Below, piece after piece: positions 24,979 through 32,000 of a DNA stretch of 32,000 nt. Positions within the stretch are counted from its first letter, which is position 1. Each line of letters starts with the position of its first letter. Position numbers and translations under genes: made by a program. The stretch covers positions 25,665 through 57,664 of the forward strand of contig NZ_BOPH01000050.1 of NCBI RefSeq assembly GCF_016863655.1, in the 5' to 3' direction. The stretch is from Virgisporangium ochraceum. GTDB taxonomy: Bacteria; Actinomycetota; Actinomycetes; Mycobacteriales; Micromonosporaceae. The notes beneath the pieces are model-generated. The model did no database searches. It was not told where the DNA came from and saw nothing but the letters and a program-made list of their open reading frames with translations.

Positions 24979-26889
24979 GTGAGACACCGGTTCCGTCAGC
25001 ACATCGTGCTCCCGTTGGTCGCGACCGGCGTGCTCGGTTTCGCCAACTTTCCGCCAGCGTTCGACGCCGTCACCGGTTGGCTGCACGAGCGAAAAATCAA
25101 CAGCGCCGACTACAAGCAGGCGCACGGCCACTGGCAGATCGTCGAGCTGCCGCAGCGGCAGCGGATCAACGCGATCCACGCCGCGGTGCTGCCGACCGGC
25201 AGGCTGCTGCTGATCGCCGGGTCCGGCAACAAGCGCGACCAGTTCGAGGCGGGCACGTTCCGCACCGTGGTGTTCGATCCGGAATCCGGTGCCACGACAG
25301 CGGTACCGACACCCACCGACCTGTTCTGCGCCGGGCACGCGTTCCTGCCCGACGGCAAGCTCCTCGTCGCCGGCGGCACGCTGCGGTACGAGGTGCTCCA
25401 GCCCGACGTGACGCGGGCGGGCGGCACGATGGTGGTCCGCAACGAGTCACCCGATCGGGCGGCATCGCTGCGCAAGGGAACGACGTTCATCGCACCCGAC
25501 GGACGCCGCTACCTCACCAACGACGACATCACCGTCGAGCCGGCCCGCAAGACCGGCGAGGGCCTCGCCACGAAGGTCACCGCGAGCGAGACCCGGGTGT
25601 GGGTCGACGCCGCGGGCCTGGGAGCGGGCTTCGTCAACAACGGCCCGGCGCAGTACCGGGTCGACGGTGCCACCGGCGGTGACGTCTACGGGGTCGCCGA
25701 GAAGATCACCATGGACAAGCAGGACTACCAGGGCCGCAAGGAGACCTACGAGTTCAACCCGTACACCGAGCGGTACGAGCGGGTCGCCGACATGCACGAG
25801 AAGCGCTGGTACCCCACGCTCACCGCATTGCCCGACGGCAAGGTGCTCTCGGTGTCGGGGCTCGACGGCGGCGGCCAGGTCGTCAACGGCGCCCAGAACG
25901 AGATCTACGACCCCGCCACCAAGCGGTGGACGCTGCGCCCCGACCTCGACCGGTACTTCGCGACGTACCCGGCGCTGTTCCAGACGGCGGTGCCGGGTCG
26001 GTTGTTCTACTCCGGGTCCAACGCCGGCTTCGGCCCGGAGGACCGCGGCCGCGAACCCGGGTTCTGGAACCTGACCGACAACTCGTTCCGCCCCGTGGGC
26101 GGCCTGCGCGACGCCGACCAGATGGAGACCTCGACGTCGGCCTGGGCCGGACCGGTGCAGAACCAGACCGTGATGGTGGTCGGTGGCGGCGGCATCGGCG
26201 AGTCGGCCCGCTCGACGAAGCGGATCGACCTGATCAACCTGTCGGACCCGGACCCCCGCTACCGCCCCGGCCCGGACCTTCCCGAGGGCACCCGCTACGC
26301 CCACGCGGTGACCCTGCCCGACGACACCACGCTCATCACCAACGGCTCCAACGACTACCGCGGCCGCGGAATGAGCGACAACCACACCGCCCGCCTCTAC
26401 CACCCGGCGACGAACACCCTGTCGGTGGTGGCCGACCCGCGGGTCGGCCGCAACTACCACAGCTCCGCCCTGCTCCTGCCCGACGGCAGGGTGCTGACGA
26501 TCGGCTCCGATCCCCTCTACAGGGACAAGAAGAACTCGATCTCGGGCGAGTTCGAGCAGCGGATCGAGATCTTCACGCCGCCCTACCTGTTCCAGGGTTC
26601 CCGACCGATGATCGAGGACGCCCCCGCCGCGGTGGCGCACGGCGCGACCTTCGAGGCCATGGTGAGCCGTCCGGTGAAGACCGCCCGCCTGATCCGGCCG
26701 GGCTCGGCCACCCACATGCTCAACACCGACCAACGCTCGATCGCGGTGGACGTGGCCCCCACGAGCACCGGCGGCGTCACCCTGACGGTGCCGGCCGAGA
26801 AGGCCCTCGTTCCGCCGGGCCCGTACCTGCTCTTCGTGGTCGACGAGGCGGGCGTCCCCTCGGTGGGCCGCTGGCTACGGGTGCAGTAG
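24979..26889 (+). CDS. glxA: GlxA-like copper radical oxidase (galactose oxidase/kelch, DUF1929)
   Basis: N-terminal membrane anchor QHIVLPLVATGVLGFANF; TPTDLFCAGHAFLPDGKLLVAGGT; HEKRWYPTLTALPDGKVLSVSG; NYHSSALLLPDGRVLTIGSDP; IEIFTPPYLFQGSRPMIEDAP; C-terminal PPGPYLLFVVDEAGVPSVGRWLRV. Confidence 0.88.
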   Translation: MRHRFRQHIVLPLVATGVLGFANFPPAFDAVTGWLHERKINSADYKQAHGHWQIVELPQRQRINAIHAAVLPTGRLLLIAGSGNKRDQFEAGTFRTVVFDPESGATTAVPTPTDLFCAGHAFLPDGKLLVAGGTLRYEVLQPDVTRAGGTMVVRNESPDRAASLRKGTTFIAPDGRRYLTNDDITVEPARKTGEGLATKVTASETRVWVDAAGLGAGFVNNGPAQYRVDGATGGDVYGVAEKITMDKQDYQGRKETYEFNPYTERYERVADMHEKRWYPTLTALPDGKVLSVSGLDGGGQVVNGAQNEIYDPATKRWTLRPDLDRYFATYPALFQTAVPGRLFYSGSNAGFGPEDRGREPGFWNLTDNSFRPVGGLRDADQMETSTSAWAGPVQNQTVMVVGGGGIGESARSTKRIDLINLSDPDPRYRPGPDLPEGTRYAHAVTLPDDTTLITNGSNDYRGRGMSDNHTARLYHPATNTLSVVADPRVGRNYHSSALLLPDGRVLTIGSDPLYRDKKNSISGEFEQRIEIFTPPYLFQGSRPMIEDAPAAVAHGATFEAMVSRPVKTARLIRPGSATHMLNTDQRSIAVDVAPTSTGGVTLTVPAEKALVPPGPYLLFVVDEAGVPSVGRWLRVQ

Positions 26890-26896
26890 AACCGCG

Positions 26897-26926
26897 GTGG
26901 GACAGGGCCGGTCGGCCCTGTCCCAC
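26897..26926. terminator. strong hairpin between convergent genes
   Basis: GTGGGACAGGGCC - GGTC - GGCCCTGTCCCAC, 13-bp perfect stem. Confidence 0.85.
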
Positions 26927-26933
26927 GCCGGCA

Positions 26934-28010
26934 TCAGGACCTACGGGCCAGATCCAGCGCGTACTCCGGCCACCACGCACCGGCGCCGGGCTCCCCGGAA
27001 CGGCAGGCACCGTCCGACTCGCCGGGTCGTTTGATCCAGAGCAGTGCCGCCGCCCGCGGGTGCCCGGTGTCCACAGTGGGCGGTTGGCCGAGCTTGCGCC
27101 CCGGCGGGTTGCACCAGCTCGGCCCGCCGTTCACCTCGGCACCCGGAGCCGGGCCCGCGCCGTTGCGGCTCGTGTCGACGACGAACCGCTTCCCACCCAT
27201 CGCCGACGACAGGCGGTCGCCGTAGGCGAGGTTGTCCGCGGTCGGGATGAAGTTGGAGACGTTCAGGGAGAAGCCGTCGGCCGCGTCGCCACCGGCGCGA
27301 CGCAGCGCGCCGGCGAGCCTGCCCACGTCGGCGACCCACGCGGGATGGCCGGCGTCGAGGTAGACCAGGGCGTTCGGGGACGACTTCAGCGTGGTGACCG
27401 CGTCGCGCAGCAGCGCGTAGCGCTCGTCGGCCAGGTCTCCGCAGCCGTCGACGGTGTGCGGCACGGCGTCGGGCTCCACGACGACGACCGCGGGTCGGCC
27501 CTTCAGACCGGCCGCCACGGTGCGGATCCACGCCTTGTACGCCGCGGGTGACGCCGCTCCGCCGGCGCTGTAGCTGCCGCAGTCCCGGCCGGGGATGTTG
27601 TACGCGACGAGCACCGGCACCTGCCCGGCTGCCGCCGCGCGCGTCATGAGCGCGTCGACCTCCCGGGTCGCGTTGGTACCGGCGGTCAGCCAGTGGGCCA
27701 CCGCCCGGTCACCGATCTTGCGGATCTGCTGGGCGTCGGTGGCGCGGCTCTCGGCGATCCACCGCGCGGCCTGCTGGGTGGCCGGGTTCGCCGGGTCGAC
27801 GTAGAACTTCTTTCCCGCCAACGGGTTCGGTGGAAGGGGTGGCGGCGGCGACGGCAGCCCTTCCTGCTGTGCGTTGCCGCCCACACCACCCGGCAGCGCC
27901 GGTGCTCCGGTGCCGGTGACGGACGGCGGCTCGTCGGATTCGCATCCGGCCAACCCGGGAACCGACAACGCAAGGGCCGCAACGGTCGCAAGCCGAAGAA
28001 ATCTCGTCAT
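26934..28010 (-). CDS. glycoside hydrolase family 6 (endoglucanase-like) secreted lipoprotein, CslZ-like
   Basis: MTRFLRLATVAALALSVPGLAGCES lipobox; FYVDPANPATQQAARW; VLVAYNIPGRDCGSYSAGG; VVVEPDAV; VYLDAGHPAWV; NVSNF; FVVDTSRNG; WCNPPGRKLG; LLWIKRPGESDG (GH6 motifs). Confidence 0.88.
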   Translation of the reverse strand: MTRFLRLATVAALALSVPGLAGCESDEPPSVTGTGAPALPGGVGGNAQQEGLPSPPPPLPPNPLAGKKFYVDPANPATQQAARWIAESRATDAQQIRKIGDRAVAHWLTAGTNATREVDALMTRAAAAGQVPVLVAYNIPGRDCGSYSAGGAASPAAYKAWIRTVAAGLKGRPAVVVVEPDAVPHTVDGCGDLADERYALLRDAVTTLKSSPNALVYLDAGHPAWVADVGRLAGALRRAGGDAADGFSLNVSNFIPTADNLAYGDRLSSAMGGKRFVVDTSRNGAGPAPGAEVNGGPSWCNPPGRKLGQPPTVDTGHPRAAALLWIKRPGESDGACRSGEPGAGAWWPEYALDLARRS

Positions 28011-28051
28011 GAATCCATTCCGGTTCTCGACAAGCGGAAACCATAACCCAG

Positions 28052-28067
28052 CCACCCGAACGGGTGG
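28052..28067. promoter_or_regulatory. inverted repeat in divergent GH6/cslA promoter region
   Basis: CCACCCG-AA-CGGGTGG. Confidence 0.45.
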
Positions 28068-28153
28068 ACTAAATCTGCGCATACATCACCTACCGGTGCG
28101 AACAGCCCCGACGCGAGTTAGCTTCACCGGGACCCGGAAATACCGTCCGCGCA

Positions 28154-30166
28154 GTGGAACCGAACATCCCTGTCTACGGCCGATCGTGGGCAAGGCTGGA
28201 GACATACAGCAAGCTCGCCGGTCCACTGCAGACGCCGGACGCCGACTATCGGGTCAGCTACCGGAACATGCGTGGCCGGCGGTACCTCGGTGCGGCGTTC
28301 ATCGCGGTGGCGAACGTGTGCGTCGAGATCGTGTTCTTCGCGTGGCTGCTGCAACCGGAGCACTTCGCCGACACCAACCCCGGTCCGGTCGAGAAGGTGG
28401 CGTTCGTCGCCAACATCTTCGTGATCGTGTCGATCGCGGTCGTCGAGGTGCTGCGGCTGCTCAACGTCGTGTCGTTGTCGTTGGCGTCGATCACCGCACG
28501 GGACCCGGTGCCGGTGACGCCCGACCCGACGGTCAGGGTCGCGTTCCTCACGACCATCGTTCCCAGCAAGGAACCGGTCGACGTCGTGCGTGAGACCCTC
28601 CGCGCCGCCAAGCGGATCCGCCACCGTGGTGTGTTCGACATCTGGCTCCTCGACGAGGGCGACGACGACGCGGTCAAGGCCATGTGCGACGAGCTGTCGA
28701 TCCGGCACTTCACCCGCAAGGGCGTGGAGAAGTACAACACCGCGAAGGGACCGTTCCGCGCGAAGACCAAGCACGGCAACTACAACGCCTGGGTCGACAC
28801 GCACGGCGCGGACTACGACGTGTTTCTCTCGGTCGACCCCGACCACGTGCCGTTGGCCAACTTCGCCGAACGGATCCTCGGCTACTTCCGCGACCCCGAC
28901 GTGGCGTACGCCGTCGGACCGCAGTGCTACAAGAACGGCGAGGCGTTCGTGACCCGCGCCGCCGAGTCGCAGCAGTTCCCGTTCCACAGCGTGATCCAGC
29001 GGGCCGCGAACCGGTACGGCGCGCCGATGCTCGTCGGCACCAACAACGCTGTCCGCATCGACGCGCTGCGGACCATCGGCGGGCTCGCCGACTCCATCAC
29101 CGAGGACATGGCCACCGGGTTGGCGTTCCACACGAAGCGCAACCCGGCCACCGGCAACAGGTGGAAGTCGGTGTACACCCCCGACGTGCTGTCCGCCGGT
29201 GAGGGACCGTCGAGCTGGAGCGACTACTTCAGCCAGCAGCGACGGTGGGCGCGGGGCACATTCGAGATCCTGCTGACCACGTACTGGCGGAAGTTCTTCA
29301 AGCTGTCGCCGGGCGGCATGCTGCACTACACGCTCATCACGACGTTCTACCCGTCGATGGCCATCGGCTGGATCCTCGGCATCGTCAACGCCGTGCTGTT
29401 CCTGGCGCTGGGCGTGAGCGGCATGACGATCAGCCCGCAGGTCTGGTTCGCGCTGTACACCGACGCCACCGCGTTCTCGCTGTGGCTCTACATCGACAAC
29501 CGGCGGTACAACGTGAGCCCGTACGAGCCGCCGGGGTCACGCGGGCTCAAGGGCATGCTGATGTCGGTGCTCGCCGCGCCGCTCTACGCCGTGCAGCTGC
29601 TCAGCACGCTCGGCCGGCGGCCGGCGAAGTTCGTGGTGACGCCGAAGGGGTCGAGCAGCAGCAGCGACGGCCTCCGCACGTTCCGCAACCCGATCGGGTG
29701 GGCGGTGCTGCTCGTCGGCGCCATCGTGGTGTCGTTCGTGCGCGGGTACGCGAGCCCGGCGGCGCTGCTGTGGCCGGTGACCGGTCTCCTCATCTGCCTG
29801 CTGCCACTGGTGCTCTGGCGCATGGAGGCGGTCCTCAACCGCGCGGAGGCGGCCGAGGCGTTCGTGCCGCGTCAGGCCGGGACGCCGGAGCACGCCGGCG
29901 ACATCACGATGGAGATGCCGAAGGCGCTGCTGCGCGAGCACCTGGCGGCCCGCGTCGGCGGCAACCCGCACGACGACGTCGGCGCGACGCTGATCATGCC
30001 GCGCGTCGACCTGCCGGCGCAGCGGTCCGGAAACGGGGCGACCGTGCGGGGACGCAGCGCCGTCTCGCCGGCGAACCGCGTGCCGGCGCAGGGACGCGGC
30101 CCCGACGGGTCGGGGGACGGTGTGCCCGCGCAGGACCGGAGCCCCGTCGACTCGGGGAACACGTGA
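28154..30166 (+). CDS. cslA: family 2 glycosyltransferase, cellulose-synthase-like protein (CslA-like)
   Basis: Multi-TM; FLTTIVPSKEPVDVVRETLRAAKRI, DIWLLDEGDDD, DVFLSVDPDHVP, SITEDMATGLAFHTKR, SQQRRWARGTFEI (D,D,D,QxxRW). GTG start 28154. Confidence 0.9.
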   Translation: MEPNIPVYGRSWARLETYSKLAGPLQTPDADYRVSYRNMRGRRYLGAAFIAVANVCVEIVFFAWLLQPEHFADTNPGPVEKVAFVANIFVIVSIAVVEVLRLLNVVSLSLASITARDPVPVTPDPTVRVAFLTTIVPSKEPVDVVRETLRAAKRIRHRGVFDIWLLDEGDDDAVKAMCDELSIRHFTRKGVEKYNTAKGPFRAKTKHGNYNAWVDTHGADYDVFLSVDPDHVPLANFAERILGYFRDPDVAYAVGPQCYKNGEAFVTRAAESQQFPFHSVIQRAANRYGAPMLVGTNNAVRIDALRTIGGLADSITEDMATGLAFHTKRNPATGNRWKSVYTPDVLSAGEGPSSWSDYFSQQRRWARGTFEILLTTYWRKFFKLSPGGMLHYTLITTFYPSMAIGWILGIVNAVLFLALGVSGMTISPQVWFALYTDATAFSLWLYIDNRRYNVSPYEPPGSRGLKGMLMSVLAAPLYAVQLLSTLGRRPAKFVVTPKGSSSSSDGLRTFRNPIGWAVLLVGAIVVSFVRGYASPAALLWPVTGLLICLLPLVLWRMEAVLNRAEAAEAFVPRQAGTPEHAGDITMEMPKALLREHLAARVGGNPHDDVGATLIMPRVDLPAQRSGNGATVRGRSAVSPANRVPAQGRGPDGSGDGVPAQDRSPVDSGNT

Positions 30167-30167
30167 T

Positions 30168-30198
30168 CGCGGGGGGCTCCCCTGTGGAGCCCCCCGCG
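30168..30198 (+). terminator. intrinsic terminator candidate after cslA
   Basis: CGCGGGGGGCTCC - CCTGT - GGAGCCCCCCGCG, perfect 13-bp stem. Confidence 0.85.
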
Positions 30199-30807
30199 AC
30201 CGGTTACCTGTGCCGACCTGTACGTCCAGCGGGGCCAGCCGTCGTGCCAGGAGGGCCGGACCGGCGACGCCGCTTCCGCGGTGCGCTCCTGGTCCGGCGG
30301 CGCGACGCTGACGGCGCCAGCCAGATCGGATGTGGCTGCCTCACCGGTGACGCCGCGGTTCCCCGTCGTCGTCGGCACACCCGCGGTGGCCGTCGGGAAC
30401 CAATGTCGTGCGGCGTGTGCCGGCGTGACCCCCACTCTGTCGACGCCCCGTCAGCTCCACCGTCCGGTGTGGACATCGGTGCGGTGGCCGGGTGTGCGTC
30501 GGTGGTCACGGGCGGCGTGGTCGCCGGTGGGCGTGGGCTGCGCCGGTGCGGTCTTCACGCGTCGGGCGCCGCCTCGGTGTGGATCCTCCATTCGTGTTCC
30601 CGGTCATACTGCCGGCCGGGTCGGCGGGTGAGGTGCGTCAGGTGTTTCCGGGCTCGGTACGTCCAGGCGGTCCGCGCTCTCGCGCGGCGCGCCGGCTCGG
30701 ACGGGCCCTGCGGCCGGTCCTCGCACTTCCGTTGCGCGCCATGTACCGAGTGTCCTTGCGATGGGACGCTCAGTACAAGGGGTGGCAACCGACCTGCACC
30801 CGGGGAG

Positions 30808-31311
30808 CTACTCGCCGATCACCCCGTCGATGCGCTCCCGCAGCAGGTCAGCGTGGCCCAGGTGCCGGGCGTACTCCTTGATGAGGTAGTGGTAGCTCCA
30901 GCGCACCGTGAACGGGCGCTCCGTGCCGAACCCGTCGTCGAGGCCGAGCTTGCCGAGCACCTCCCGCGACCATCCACAGTGGACGGCGAACGTGTCGAGG
31001 TCGTCGAACGCGGCCCCGGCGGACACGTCGTCGAAGTCGCCGTCGGGGCTGTCGTCGGTGCAGTAGAGGAGCCCGATGTCCGGCTCGGCCAGCTTGTGGA
31101 CGTACATCCGCTCCATCTCCACCAGGTGCCGCACCAGCCCGATCATCGACATGGGCGACGGCGGGCACGACTTCTCCGCCAGCTGCGCACCGTCGAGACC
31201 GGCGCACTTGTGCAGGATGCTCGCCCGGTAGTACTCGAGCCAGGCGTCCAACGACGCGCGCTCGTCGGCGACGCGGGGCGGGTCGATCCGGTCGACATCG
31301 GGAGCCGTCAT
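30808..31311 (-). CDS. DinB-family / DUF664 protein
   Basis: LDAWLEYYRASILHKCAGLDGAQLAEKSCPPSPMSMIGLVRHLVEMERMYVHKLAE...RPFTVRWSYHYLIKEYARHLGHADLLRERIDGVIGE. Confidence 0.85.
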   Translation of the reverse strand: MTAPDVDRIDPPRVADERASLDAWLEYYRASILHKCAGLDGAQLAEKSCPPSPMSMIGLVRHLVEMERMYVHKLAEPDIGLLYCTDDSPDGDFDDVSAGAAFDDLDTFAVHCGWSREVLGKLGLDDGFGTERPFTVRWSYHYLIKEYARHLGHADLLRERIDGVIGE

Positions 31312-31877
31312 TCCGACACGCTACCGCCGTACGCGTTGAGGTAGAGCGCCAGGAACCGGTCCATCGCCTCCCGCACCCCGTCCTGGTCGCCGGTGGCGAG
31401 CAGGTCGAGCAGCAGTCCCCGCGTCACCGCGACACTCAACCGGGCCGTCGCACGCGCGTCCCCCGGCGGAACGCCGTTACGGACATTGAGGTCCGCGATC
31501 GGCGCGACCCACGACTCCACGACCCCCTCGAGCATCGCGGCCGTGTGCGGCCGCGACCGCAGCGCCTGGCTGTAGACCTCGAAGAAGAGCTTCTCGTACG
31601 GCCACATCGCCGGATCGGAGAGCCGTTCCCACAACCGCTGGCCCATCTCCACCGGCGGCAGCGACCCGTCGAGGTCGGCGAGGAACGCCCGCTGCCGGGC
31701 CTCGACCTCACGCACGACCGCGACGAGCAGCCCCTCCTTCGAGCCGAAGTGGTACACGAGCATGCGGTGGCTGGTGCCGAGCGCGGCGGCGAGCTGACGC
31801 AGGCTGACGTCGGCGATGCCGTGGTGTGCCGCGTATTCGACAGCCGCGTCCAGCAACGCGTCCCTTGCCTCACCCAT
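31308..31877 (-). CDS. TetR family transcriptional regulator
   Basis: MGEARDALLDAAVEYAAHHGIADVSLRQLAAALGTSHRMLVYHFGSKEGLLVAVVREVE; stop overlaps start of the DinB gene (operon). Confidence 0.92.
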   Translation of the reverse strand: MGEARDALLDAAVEYAAHHGIADVSLRQLAAALGTSHRMLVYHFGSKEGLLVAVVREVEARQRAFLADLDGSLPPVEMGQRLWERLSDPAMWPYEKLFFEVYSQALRSRPHTAAMLEGVVESWVAPIADLNVRNGVPPGDARATARLSVAVTRGLLLDLLATGDQDGVREAMDRFLALYLNAYGGSVSE

Positions 31878-31907
31878 GTACCACATGGTACATGTACCAC
31901 ATGGTAC
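31876..31907. promoter_or_regulatory. tandem operator: two 16-bp identical units, each an inverted repeat
   Basis: ATGTACCACATGGTAC x2; each unit is GTACC-ACAT-GGTAC; junction forms TGGTACATGTACCA perfect palindrome. Confidence 0.82.
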
Positions 31908-32000
31908 AGAAGATTGACAGGTCGGCGCGTTCGGCCGCCGACGCCACCACGGTGTACTCGCTGCTGGCCGACGGCACGACCTGGCCCGCCTGGTCGCCGC
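31901..32000 (+). CDS. SRPBCC-family (polyketide cyclase/START-like) protein, truncated at right edge
   Basis: MVQKIDRSARSAADATTVYSLLADGTTWPAWSP; typical SRPBCC N-terminus. Absent from the ORF track because open-ended. Confidence 0.6.
   Translation, partial: MVQKIDRSARSAADATTVYSLLADGTTWPAWSP

Noticed and set aside
25447-26733. 428-aa minus-strand ORF opposite glxA
   Set aside because: Val/Arg/Gly/Ala-rich shadow translation; no domain, and the sense gene is clearly coding.

Overview
High-GC actinomycete chromosome (Pseudonocardiales-like by inference) with about 18 supported protein genes plus two partial ones. The centrepiece is a 10.2 kb single-gene hybrid PKS/NRPS (12673-22884, ~3403 aa). 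I read its architecture as FAAL-like AMP ligase - ACP - KS - (AT eroded) - KR - ACP - C - A - PCP - C - terminal NAD(P)-binding domain resembling cyanobacterial acyl-ACP reductase (AAR). The gene is translationally coupled to a MarR-family regulator (12236-12676). That regulator diverges from an amidohydrolase across a perfect 14-bp palindrome. Downstream lie a GntR regulator and a 2,2-dialkylglycine decarboxylase-like aminotransferase with a twin-palindrome operator between them. Next comes a cslA/glxA/GH6 (cslZ-like) cell-surface glycan locus in an unusual orientation. The left part holds a SARP regulator, an MFS transporter, a CoA-linked catabolic group, a dienelactone hydrolase/BAAT-like protein with a divergent HTH regulator, a membrane-anchored Hsp70-like protein, a beta-propeller GH43-like protein and a DUF559-type protein. 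The right end has a TetR/DinB operon diverging from a truncated SRPBCC gene. A GTGGA/TCCAC palindrome (TCCACNGTGGA) recurs far more often than chance across the window. No rRNA, tRNA, CRISPR array or mobile element was supported.
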